From Trichodelitschia bisporula (Eukaryota), in the NCBI GenBank assembly GCA_010356995.1, contig ML996705.1, positions 434,001 to 498,000 of the forward strand: DNA of 64,000 nt. Direction: 5' to 3'. Positions 48,185 to 60,266 of the stretch are shown piece by piece. A program made the position numbers and the translations under genes. The first letter of the stretch is position 1. Every line of letters begins with the position of its first letter. Under the pieces are notes generated by a model. It saw only the letters and a list, made by a program, of their open reading frames with translations. It was not told the DNA's origin and searched no databases.

Positions 48185-49767
48185 ATGGCGCCGACGATCG
48201 GGCTCGAAGGCGGCGATGGCGGGCTCGCGCTGCTCGCCCGCCGCTCGAACAACACGTTTGGCAACTGGCGCGACGTCGACGAGGCGCAGGCGTACATCAT
48301 CGAAGGATGGGGGGAAGGGTTCATGCTGGGCGCGCTGCTCATCATGGCCATTATCACGATTGCGAATATGCGCAAGGGCGTGCTTTTGCACAAGATGATT
48401 TTACTCGAAGTGAGTAAGGCTACAGCGGCGGTGGTGTTTCGGATAGAGTGCGCGAGGCTGACGATGACTAGCTGCTGTTCGCGATGAGCCATGGGACGTT
48501 TGGATTCATGGCGTTCAAGGGATATGGGTGGTATCTGAGTGCTACGGCGGCGCTGCTGTACTGCAGCTACTTCACGCACAACGTCGTCGCGTGGATGAAG
48601 ATACGCCCTTTCTTCACGCAGCCCAATGCGTCCTTCCGCCCCTCCGTCTGCCGCGGCGTGACCTGGACCTATCTCGTCTCCCTCGCCTTCACCGCCCCCG
48701 TCATCGCCTTCGAAATCGCAAACAACTTCCGCTTCTTCAACAACATCTCTAGGACCTACGAGAAGGTCCGCCCGTACGAACCGCTCATGCGCGACCCGTG
48801 GTGGGTCTTTTCCTGCCTGACCTTCTTCCACGTCATCCGCAAATGCTACAGTCTCAACGCACTCCGGCTCGTGCGCAAATCCCCGCGCTTCGGCATCCTC
48901 CTCGCGGCCATGCTCCTCGCCGTCACCTTCACCATCATGGACATCCTCGCCTCCCTGATCCCCGGCCTCAGCGTCACAGACGGCATAAACCCGTACTGGA
49001 AACTCGCGCTCGTATTCAAATGTCTAACCGACAACATAATGCTCGACGACTTCAAAGCCGTCCTCCAGCGCCTCGGCGCCCTCAAACTCGATGGCAGCAC
49101 CGCTATGCACGAAAACTCCCTGAACATGGTGCCCGACGGCAAACTCGCCATGGGCTGCGACTCCGACCCCGTTAACGCGTCGGAGCCGAGTCGCCGCGGC
49201 TCCCAGGGGGGCGGGTGTTGGCCTTGCAACCGCTCCGGGGTGGGAGGGGGAGGTGGAGGAGACCCGAATCGCGCCGTCGCGGCGGGAGACCACGCTTACC
49301 CGCCCTCCAACGCAGCCAATTCATCACTATCCCCCTCTCATCTCCGCCGCATGCGCACCTCCCTCTCCGGCCGCATCCTCGACGAAGGCGAGGCCCTCGA
49401 TAACGACGGACGTTCACGCCGGCGCGCGAGCGTCGCCTCGAGCGCCGTTGGGCGCGTGGGCGTACGGATCCGCCGCCTCGGCGTCTTACCCAGCCTGGGG
49501 AGGGAAGATAATGCAGCGCCACACCTGGCTCGGGATGTGGAGCAGGGCGGGAAGGCGGAACGCGATGCCGGGGCCGGAGCTTCGAAGAAACCCGGTTTCG
49601 TAGACGGATTCGGGTTTCCGATGGGCACGGTGCAGGAGGTGGAGGAGAAGGAGAGGGGGGATAGTTGGCCGAGCGGGTTGGGCGAAGGCGAAGACGGGGA
49701 AGGGCCGTTGGGGGAACGCTTGGATTTGCATGCTATGCTTGCTGCGGGGCCGCCGGTTAAGCGGTGA
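48185..49767 (+). CDS. Conserved fungal multi-pass integral membrane protein (up to ~7 TM) with long cytosolic tail
   Basis: Intron 48410-48471. Hydrophobic helices carry GWYLS, HNVVAWMKIRPF and INPYWKLALVFKCLTDNIMLDDFK; the C-terminus is low-complexity. Confidence 0.85.
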
Positions 49768-50193
49768 TAGTGGGGCGGGTCGGGCCGAAGGGGGACCGGG
49801 ATCGAGGTTGGGGGCCGGGTAAACGACCACGGGTTTGGGGATGGAGGCAATTACCCGCGATTTGCAGGGTAGGGATGACGGGCGGGTGGTTAGGCGGTCA
49901 CTTGTACTATGCACGATACCCACGAACACGACGCGATGACGGGAACGGGACGCGATAAGAGGTGTATGCTTACGCGGGCCGGTACAGTAACGGTGGGTTA
50001 AGTCCGAATGCGGCGTTGAGTCTGCCTCGGCAATGGGCTGGTAGCATCGAATGTAATGATTCATTTTATCACCACTGTCCCTCATCCACCCCGCCCTACG
50101 ATGTAGACCATGCAAATGCCCGCATCCTCAAGTGAACAGCAAATTCGACGGACTCCCTCCCCTTCTACTCCCTCAGCCACGACCTCGGCCCCC

Positions 50194-51509
50194 CTAGCGC
50201 CCCCCAACCTTCCCCTCAAACGCACCCGCCAGCACACCCCCCCGCCACACCCCCCTCAAATTCAAACTCGCATCAATATCCCCCAACACATCCCCCTCCA
50301 CCAACACCAAATCCGCCCTACGGCCCGGCGCAATCAACCCCCTATCCGCAAACCCAAACCTACCCGCCGTAACCGCCGTCGCGGCGCGGATCGCCTCCGC
50401 AGGCGTAAACCCACACTCCTTCACGAAAAGATTCAACTCATGATGCAAACTAAGACCCCACGCCGTCCCGAGCGCCGGGCCCGCAGAATCAGAGCCCACG
50501 ATGATGTCCAGGCCTGCGGCTTTGAGTTGCTTGACCAGCTCATACGCGTGCTTGACCGTACCACCCTCCTTCGCAAACCCCATACAGCGGCACAAATTTC
50601 CCTTCTCGCGCTCGCCCAGCAGCGCGCCGCCGCGCGGATCATGCGCAAATTTCTCAGCCAGCCCCTGTCCCTCCGTCGTCAAGCTCCCGATCGCCGCAAG
50701 GGTAGGGTTGAGCCACGCAGTATTCTTCTTATACGCCTCGATAACCTCAGGCGTGGGCGGAGCGTCGAAGAAGCCATGTGTGAGCCCGTCGATCCCTGCT
50801 TCTAGGACTTCGAGGTGGTCGGCGAGACATAGGGCGTGGGCGACGGTTACGAAGCCCTTTTCGTGGGCGGCGGTGATGACGGCTTTCTGGAGGTCGATGG
50901 TGGGTTTGGGGAAGGATTGCCCGAGGGAGGCGCCGGATTCGTGCATGAGTTTGAAGTAGTCGGCGCCGTCGGCGATGTTTTGTGTGACGTAGGCGGTGGC
51001 GTCTTCTTCGGTTTTGAGTTTGGGCCAGGTGGCTATTTCGGCGGCGGTCTGCGAGGGGGTTAGCGGGAGAAGTGGTCGTGAGGTGGTGTACGTACTTCCT
51101 CCGACTTGTCGTGCGCCGTGACGACGGGGATGGGCCACCCGCCATCGATCGTGGCCGATATGCCACAGGTCTTGAAATCGGCGCTGGTATTCGGCTCGCT
51201 GGCCGCCTGGCGCTTCAGAGCCACGACGTTGGGGATCTCGTTATGCATGTCCATAACCGTAGTAACGCCGAAGCGGAGGGACTGGCGCAGGGCGAGCGGG
51301 TTGCCCTTGTCGGCGTGGATGTGGGCATCGATGAGGCCTGGGATCACGGTGTGGCCGGGCTTGCTGATGACGAGTGTGTCATCCGGGATTGAGGGTGTGG
51401 ACTCCCCCACGTAGGCGATGCTGCCGTTTTGGACGTACACGACCCCCGTGGGGATGGTAGTCTCGCCGGTGAAGATTTGGACGTCTTTGAGGAGGAAGCT
51501 TGGAGCCAT
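50194..51509 (-). CDS. Amidohydrolase-family metal-dependent hydrolase
   Basis: Motifs PGLIDAHIH, FGVTTVMDM, YFKLMHE, VAHA, GLTHG, VGSD and RGLIAPGRRADLVLVEG. One intron ~51050-51094. Confidence 0.93.
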
Positions 51510-53462
51510 TTTGGTGATGACGGTGGGGGTTGTGGAGGTGGTGGGGTAGGGTGGGAGGTGGAGCTGAGGGCTGAGGGGGGAATATATGTCGGGGTCTGGT
51601 GAGGGGTAAGTGGGGGAGGGGCTGATGAGGTCAAGTACCGTAGGCGAGGTGAAAAGCGGAATACTCAGAGTTGAGCTCGGAGTTGACGAGCTTAAATAGG
51701 TAGAATGGAAAGCGGTAAGATTAGAGTCAGAATCCTACAGATTGAGGGGTTGGTGTAAGTGAACATAGCACGATGGGGGGGTGGTTGAGAGGCCGGACAG
51801 CTACCCCGCGGCACGGGGATTGGTGGGTTGAGCACTGCATCTGCGCGTCGGACACATGTCTGCGCTGGATTCACCAAGTGGCCTGCAGGAGGAGGGTATA
51901 TTGGCAGCCAATTGAGCGTGCGGTACTTCCCATCGGTGGGAGAAATGGTGACAAGCGACGGAACGCCGCATGCCCCGAGGCTCTTGAGAGTCGGCCTTAA
52001 GAGAGGCTGGTTAGCATCGTATCGGCGATAAAATCGAGCTACTGTAGTATATCAGATGGAGACGACGCAACGAGCAGTCCTAGCGCCTGCTTCATATACA
52101 ATTCTTCTTGTCTGTGCGGGTGAACCTCTGGCCCGTTGGCTGAACTCTGCGCCGATGCCGAACAGAGCTAATAGAAATGCGGCAAGTAGCCGGCCTCTCT
52201 GTCTGCCGTGATGCTGTGCCGAGTAGTTCGCAGAGTGTCGCGGATAGCGGCATGTCAACAACATGAACGGCCATGCCGTCCCTTTCCTCGTTGCTCACTC
52301 GATCGGCATGGTTTGCTTCAACAAGCAGTGGAGCTTGAGGTCGGAAGAAGAGCATTCGAGACCGGACCTCAAGCGGGACACCTCATGCCAGTATTGTCGC
52401 CAAGTTGTACCCGACATGCCAGACGCGTCAAAAAGCAACCCAAGTGCAACAGAGCAGCAGTAGCAAGCAAAGTGCTCACATGCCGTACGACGGCAAATCA
52501 CACATATCTCGGGTGTGTACGTCCCTTGACAGAAGTACGTCGATGAAGTGCCACAGGAATTGGCACACCACGCCAAGGCTCACCACTTCCTTTTTGTGAG
52601 GACGACATGTCGTGCCGCCGCCACCCCCATCTCTCCCAACTCCCACATCTATCTCTCTTCATCGTAGATTTTCGACTTTCCCAATCCCCATATCTTGCGC
52701 AATGAACTTCCCGCTCCGCAAAAATGTCGGCAAGATCCTGTCGTCGGCCCCGCATGCAGGCCCGGTGCATGGCGCACGGCTCAGCTGCATTTAACTGGTC
52801 CTGTAGTTGTCAGGCACAAGCTACACTATCCAGCCGCAGCAAGCAAGGCCAGCGGCAATCCCAAACCGGCTCAATGAGGCTGGGAAAACTGCCATGTCGG
52901 GATCAGTCGCGGGGGATCGTCGCGGTAGATGGCCAGTGACCTGACGGCAACCTTATCACCACATCCCAGCTCAGCCTAGCGGACCTGTAGCTTGATACTT
53001 CGCAGCTTCAAAATGCTCTGGCGGACGTCTAGCAGTCTTTATATGGCATCCAAAGCTCAAGCCTCTTCCTCCCCATCATGCAGCGTTATCGTCCACTCCC
53101 CAATGCGGCCCGCCTACGTCAGAGCTCCACACCGCGACATGCATTGCCGACAGCACTCCATCTGCATTGCTCCTCCTCTCTTCCAATCCCTTCTACTCCT
53201 TCATTCCTCCCTCCCCCACACACCGGCCCGGGATTCTGCATTCCACTTCGCAGATTTCGTGTGTCTAACGGGCAAAGCCGCCCACTCCGCCCTCCCCGTC
53301 TTTAATCCCGACGTCCACGCCCACACGCCCCAACTTCTCCACTTCCAACCTTCTTCACGAAAAACCTCCCACCTGCCACTCCATCAACCCGTCCCATATC
53401 TACGCATCTCACCATCTCCACTTCCCCACCATGCCCCAATCGCCCTGCTGACCCATTTCGCA

Positions 53463-55572
53463 ATGTGCATAACCCTGCGCCGCGTCCTGCGAGCCCTGCG
53501 GCCCATCCTCCGCGCCCTCGCGATATACTCACCCCTCCTCCTCCTCGCACTGGACATCGTAACACCACCCCCCCCCCTCATCCCTCCCACCTCACCAGCT
53601 AACAATCCCTAGTACCAAGCCTACCGCCCTGGCCCAGCAACGCACTACAACCACTTCCCCGCCCTACTCCTAACCTTCACCCTCCTCTTCAGCAGCACCC
53701 AACTCCTCCTCACCGAATCCCACAACCTCCCCACCTACCCCTCCCCCTGGCGCTGGACAACTTACACCTACTGGGCCCTCGTCTTCACAACCAGCACCAT
53801 AACCTGCGTCGCATACGCCATATCCCACCGCTCCGACTGCGCCTCCATCTCCTTCCTAACCGCCTACACCGCAATCCACGCCTGGACCTTCCTCACGCGC
53901 TACTCCGCCGCCACCCGCGATGCCGAGCACGCCCCCGCCCCCGACGTCCCCGTGCAAACAACATACACAACCCCCGTGCCTAAATTCGCAACCATCGCCC
54001 CCCGGCCAGACTTCACAATCCCCCGCCCAGCGCTCGACGACCGCCGCCCGTGGCGCCGCGCGGTTGACCCAGCGTGGAAACGCATCCGGCCGCTCACCGC
54101 CGCGGCCCGCGTCCTCCATACCGGCGTGTGCATCCTCAACGTCCTCGGCGCGTTAACCACCGTCCTGCGTCTCCGCGCCAGCGTCGCCGCAAACCCAGGC
54201 ACCGTAATCGGCATCCCGATTCCCGGCCACGGGACCCGGAGCGTGAACTACTACTGCACGTTCCGCGCCGTGCCGGGGTGGTCCGCGCGGCCGGTGGTGT
54301 GGTTCGAGGGCGGGGCGGGGAGGGGCGTGTTGCACTTCATAGGCTTGCAAAACGCACTCGCCGTGCGGCACTCCCTGGCCTCGTGCTCGTACGACGCGCC
54401 TGGCGTTGGGGCTTCGGCCCGCTTACCCGCTTCCCTCGTCAGCGCCGAAGCCTGGCTCCCGGCCCTACGCGGCCGCGTAGACGGCGGCGCGAAGCGCGTA
54501 TACGCGGGCTGGCGCGGCGGTTTCGAGCTCGCCGTCCGGCACGCAGCAGCCGATGCGGCGCGCACAATCGCAGTAGTCGATCTCGACGCCGGGGCCGCGG
54601 ACCGGGAGGCCTTTGACGAGGATGCGGCGGGGACGGGGTGGGCCGCCCCCATGGGGGGGATTGAATATCCAGTCCACAAGCTAGAGGGTGGGGCGGGGAG
54701 GGTGCGGGGGATTATGGCTGTGGGGGCTGCGTGGTGAGTGGTGGTGGAGAGAGGAGAAGAGGGTGATGGAGATGGTGGCTAATGGATATAGGGGGTTGAC
54801 GGGCTTGCTCACGCACCGCCCGCAGCCGGCGAATTACACGCCGGCGTCGCTGGCGGGCGCGTTTCGCGCGCTTGCGCTTGACGACTTTTACTGGGCGAGA
54901 CAGTACTACGCCTTGCGCGAGCTGCAGGCGGGTCTCCCGGCTGCGCTGCCGATGTACACGCCGCCCGCGCCCGCACCGACTCCACACACCAGCACGGCGC
55001 TGCGGAACGGGACGACGACGACGATGACTTCGACGGAGTATTCCAAGGCGCCGAAGCCGACTCCCCTGGCGCCGGTGAATAATTACCTCGCCCATGCGGC
55101 GCTGCCGCCGAAGGTGCGGCTGCTGGCGGTGTTGAATCGGGATAGTATGCCTGGGACGTCTGGCGGGGTGGCGGTGCGGAGGGGAAAGGCGGAGTTGGTA
55201 CGTCAGGTAGGGGGGCGGACGGTGCCGGCTGTGAAGTGGTGCGAGGGGTGTGAGAGGGAGTTTGTGGTTGGAAGGGCGGAGTGGGTTGGTGATGTTATGG
55301 CTGATTTTCTGGCGGGGAGGTTGGAGGGGGATTTGTGGGAGGGGGAGTTGGATGTTGGGACGGAGAGTGGGAGGGAGACGACGGCGAGCTCGGAGGGGAC
55401 GGTGTCGTCGACTTCGGGGAGTGGATCGACGAGCCGCTCGACATCACGTCCGACGGTCGAGGCTGCTCCCTCGGTGACGACGACGTCTTCAGCAACAATC
55501 TCAATAACTGTCTCGAGCAGCAGCACCTTGAGCACCATCACCTCCACCGCTACTAACACGAGCAAGAGATAG
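53463..55572 (+). CDS. Membrane protein with divergent alpha/beta-hydrolase-like domain and Ser/Thr-rich tail
   Basis: N-terminal TM segments. Introns ~53559-53612 and ~54734-54793. PVVWFEGG and SCSYDAPGVGAS resemble the hydrolase core, but the nucleophile elbow reads GWRGG. Confidence 0.7.
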
Positions 55573-55761
55573 GCCGGGGGACGGTTCCTCAAGAACGAAA
55601 GGGGTATTCGGTAACGGGGATATATCTAGACCGCGGACGGTTGCTGGCGGGGCGTTTTGGGGTGCACTTTCGAACTCAGGATATCAGACAGATGGGCAAA
55701 GGTGTAATCGTAGGTAGGGAGTGTAAGCTTAATAGCTTAAAGAGAGAGTATTGTGGTTTGT

Positions 55762-55984
55762 GCGGAGAGTGAAGCTGTGGGTTGCGTTCCCTGACGGTGA
55801 TGAGAGCACCGGCTCGTTGCGTGCAAAGGCAACTGTAATGCTGAAGATTGAAGTAAAGACAAAGAGAGGAAGAGAGCCAGGGACTCTCGAGATTTAAATA
55901 CATGATGTGGATCGGGTGTAGCGCAAGGTGCCGAGCTGTCGTGCCGTCTTCACCCAGACAGGACAGGCAAGCAGAGTCAGGACA
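55762..55984 (-). mobile_element. Solo-LTR-like copy of the 12.5-13.1 kb repeat
   Basis: High identity to 12495-12630 and 13043-13105. The + strand ends ...TCAGGACA, so the minus strand begins TG. Confidence 0.65.
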
Positions 55985-56299
55985 GCACTTTGGGGTCCCC
56001 ATCACCGCTTAACGGTTCTATTCTATGACTTTCCCGCCTATGGCTGTTCTCTCCGTTTAACCCCCACCGGACAGTGCGTCCAGTTGATACTGAGGGACTT
56101 TTAGGCCTCGCCGAAGAAGATTGCCGCCGCTATCCTCACTGCGCCGATCGCATAGGCTGTCACTGGGGACCGTGAATACCTTTCAAAGGCGATGGGTCAG
56201 ATTCAAAAATCTTGCGTTGAGGAGTAGAAGAGTGTCACAGAGGCTCTGTACCAGCAAAGGTTGAGTATGATCAAAAGTTGGCGATGAGGCGGCATGGAA

Positions 56300-56825
56300 C
56301 GACTGCTGCCTCTTGAAAACGGGTAGTGAACAAGATCAGGCCGTCATCTCTTATTGGAAGATAGTCGGCGAGATGTGCTTCCAGCGGTAGCGCGGTAGGA
56401 GGTTGAGGTTAAAAAGAATGATTGGCGTAACCTAGAAGTGTAAGTAAGCGTTAGTAGTAGGTGCTAGAGGGGATGAGCCGCACCTTGTGGTTCATTAGCT
56501 GCGTTACCTGCATGCCGTCAAGGGAAAGCTGCAAGGCGATGTCGCGGGGCCCCTGCAGAATGCCTAGCTTCCGATGGAAGCCCTTGAAGAGGTCGCCCTC
56601 CTCGTAAGTATCGGCAAGAGACTGCCGGTATCCCTTTAGAACCCGTGCGCGCTCCGCGAGTCTGTACTGGAAGCGGAGGCGCGGGGTGATAGGGATAAAA
56701 AGATACCGATTTCGCGGCTTCTGAGTACCTGGGTAGTAGCGAGGGCTCCTACAGTAGATACACGCAGCTAGCCGCGCATCTGGGCCAGTGAATGCCATGC
56801 AGTTGTTAGCGCAGCAGTGAAACTA
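56300..56825 (-). mobile_element. CACTA/En-Spm (Tnp2 family) transposase remnant
   Basis: Reads CCANNCMAFTG..CIYCRSPRY..FIPITPRL..RDIALQLSLDGMQ, then an intron at 56483-56432, then PIILFNLNLLP.YR; degenerates afterwards. Confidence 0.8.
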
Positions 56826-56859
56826 GGTCGCCCTCGTCGGCGCCATGGCGACCGGAGGG

Positions 56860-57260
56860 AGAGAAAATACCGACGTCGTCGGCGTTGTCGATGATCAAAA
56901 GCCAAGGACCGACGGCTTTGCCACTCAAGTGTCGCTTCACTGACTTTTGGGCGCCAAAGATAAACATTGAGCGCCGAAGTGATACACGAAAAATGAATGA
57001 CCACCAGCATCCAGAAAACTTTTTTCCTTTCTGCTGGGAGGTTGGAGCCTTTTTTGCTGCTTCCTGGGAAGCTGGAGCCTTCTTCGCTGGCTGCTGGGAG
57101 GCTGGAGCCTTCACATCCGTCTTCACTCCTTCGGGCAATATCCCGAGCCCCCGTGCGATGTCGGAATATGCCCGCTCGTAACTCAAGACACCGATTGCAG
57201 GAATCCAGAAGATGGAATACTGCGAGTGTTCTTGACACGTTGGCATGTGTGGTCTAGCAT
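56860..57260 (-). pseudogene. NB-ARC (fungal NLR-like) gene fragment
   Basis: SIFWIPA..SYERAYSDIARGLGI and the Walker-B-like WLLIIDNADD. No Walker A or repeat domain is visible. Confidence 0.7.
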
Positions 57261-59315
57261 GGCCATGGCGGCGGACTGTTCCAGAAACAAAGGAGCTATC
57301 CACCCGACAGTGTAGTGGGAGTAGGGGAACCTTGGAGGAGGGGGAGGACGGGTAGATATAGCTTCTACTTTGGTGTTGAAGCCTACGAAGAGGATGAATG
57401 CGGCAGAGGCTGGGAGCCGTTAGCTCGCGACCATTCGGGAGAGATGTACCATACGTTGGTAGGGTTGGCAGTTCGTTCTATCAACACAGCGTCCTTGTGC
57501 AAACAGACGTGAACAGATGGTGAACTTTCAGGGTTAACTCCAAGGGCAGGCAGGCGTGGATGCGCTCACATCATTCAAACGCCTCCGCAGACGTGTTGGG
57601 CCTTGATCGGCCGGCCCTCGACGGAGGAACCAGTTTTCCGACTGGACGCTGCTGCCGCAGCCTTTCCGACGTACGGTGCCGTCTTCTTCATGCGCTCCCG
57701 GGTCTGAAGACAGCGAGTCCAGCGAGGAGTACGAACCTGAAGTCTGCACCAACGGCGACCGCGGCGCTCAAGCCGTAACCATTAATTCCCAAAGGTATTC
57801 CGGTCAGCGACATTCGCTGAGTGACTTGTGCCTCCTGCTCTGCCGATTCAAGTATCCGCTGCATGGTAGAGTTACTGTCGGCTTGCATGCGGCCGTATAC
57901 CCCGGTAAGGTGTTTTACATCGTGCGTAGATGACAGAAGCTGCACATTGGGAGGCGGGCTCGTACTCCTCGCACCCGAATCCTGAAAACTGTTTGAGTCC
58001 CACCCGGGAAGACGAGTAGTTCACTTACAAGCTCCACCGTTTTGAGTCCCAGAAAGTCTCGTCTTCAGTTCTCGAAGTCGTGACAGGCGGAGAACTCGAT
58101 CAGTGAAATTTCGATTTCACCCAGGTCTCCTCTTTTTGGTCTTTGGGTAACGTCCCGAGCGGAAGAGTGACTCGTCCAGACTAGCAAGTGAATGGTACGC
58201 TATCTTAGGCCGGTTTTCAAGTATGGGACCAGTTCAACTAGTACTGCGATAAGTGTGGCAGCTTTTGTGTGTGAAGCTTCGTCCCATGCGTGGATCAGAC
58301 CCCAATTCTTGTTCTGTTGGAGCCGGTCATCTTGAGAGGTACGAATGATTTGAGAGGTGGTTGATAAATGATGATGATAATGAATGAAGGTGATGATTGA
58401 GAGGTGGTTGAGCAACGATCATTATGGATGAAGGTGATGGTTGAGAGGAGAAAACTGCGCGAAGAAAGTTGAGAGGGGACCTGCTGCCTTGAAGTACTCC
58501 CAACAGATGCCAAGCGCTGACGTCGCGGGACGAGTGAGGTGGAAGGCGCGATGACGGGGCAGGCTGACACCCTTAGCAGGACGGTGCGGTTTGGAAGTGA
58601 CGATTGCGAAAGCACCTGCCCTTTCATGTCCGCATATCGGAGATGAAGCATGGCCCCGAACCTGCGGAGGCGAAGGTGTTGACCTAAGATTATAACCCTG
58701 GACAATCAGCAGACTCTCCTCGTGATAAGTAGGGGATGACGTACGCTGTGTATAAAGAAACCCCAGGAATGGAAACGATACCCTTGATCTTATGCTTTCC
58801 AATCTCAAGCGAACTGGTTGAGAGGCCAGCATGATATCGCCGGACACTGACAGCATCGACGGACGCTGAGGAGCCGAAAGCTCATCTTATCCAAGTCTCG
58901 CAGTCCAAACCAGAGTCCTAAGTTGCGTCCGAACGATAGCCTTGACTCGCATATCAGGATGTGAAGCGTTGAATCGGCCTGTGCCCATTAGAGAAGACTA
59001 CCCAGCCAACCCTCCCACACGTCGAAACGACGCCAAACGAAGAAGACAGAAGCAACGCAGTTCGCCCCGCAGGCTCCAGCAGAAGGAGGTATATTAATTA
59101 TGAGAAGCGAGCACAGCGCTATACGTCTAACCCATAACCCCATCCAGCGCCGCGCGTAAGTCCCCCATCACCACAGAACAGAGAGAGCCCGGAAAACGCG
59201 CAACACACGACCCATCAACCGTCTAGCCTGCGCCCGGAAGAAAAAAAGGGAGACTCGCAATAGCAGAGTAGTAGTATTAGTAGTAGCATTTGAGGAAACT
59301 TTTGAATCAGAGCAA

Positions 59316-60266
59316 CTAAAGCACGCGATGCCTGACGTCATTAGCAACCGCCTAAGTCAGGCAGAGAGTAAGGGACGTACCGCTTCAGCACCGCCCCCAG
59401 CGTCTTCGCGCTCAGCTCCTCCTCCTCCGGAATCTCGTCCATGACGGGCACCAGGCCCGCGAACTTGTCGCCGTGGCGGTAGGCGAGCAGCGCAGGCACG
59501 CCCATGGCGTCCATCTCCGCTTCCTCATAGTGCAGCTTCACGAAGCGCGTCGTCGGATACTGGCGAGCGAGTTCGCGGACGCACGCCTCGACCATGAGTG
59601 AGACATCAGACTGAGCCGTTAGCCTCACTCCACCCAAAATCTAGGGCCAAAACCTACCAGATCATCATAAATAAACACCACAACAACACACCCCCCACTC
59701 GCCTCCACCGCCTCCAAAAACCCACTCCCATCCACCCCAACCAACCCCCCCCATCCCTTCCTCGCCGGACTCCCCCCCCTACTCCCCCCAATCGTCCCCG
59801 TCGTCTGCATCTCCTTCAACCGTCCCAGCCTCCACCTTTCCAGAAAACCCTCATCATCACCCACCCCCCCACCCCCCCCCCCCCCCCCCTCCCCCCCCAC
59901 CAACGTCCCCGGATGCCCCCTCACCCCCGCCCTCCGCCTCGCCGCTTCAAACGCTTGCGCATCCGCAATCACCCCCTTGGGGCCCGTGTTCGCATCCGAC
60001 CGCTGGCGGGGAACGTAGTACGTGGCGTTAGCACCGACACCGCGAATGGTCGCCGCCAGCGGCGCATCATCCTCGTCGTCCTCGCTGTCGCTCGCGTGGA
60101 AGAATGTCGCCGTGGACTGCCGTACCGCGCGCTTCTCCGCGTACTGAGTGCTGCTGTAGGTACTCGGTGAAGGGGAGCGCGAGTCGGCCGGGTGGCGCGA
60201 CTGCCGCGGGCGCTGGGCCGCCATCATGGCGTTGAATTCATCTTGGGCGGCGCTGGAGGCGGGCAT
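59316..60266 (-). CDS. phnA: Phosducin-like protein (PhLP1 class; G-beta chaperone)
   Basis: Hallmark NTGPKGVIADA, FLERWR..RLKEM, VVFIYD, RFVKLH and VPALLAYRHGDKFA. Two introns; last exon HRVL*. Confidence 0.93.
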
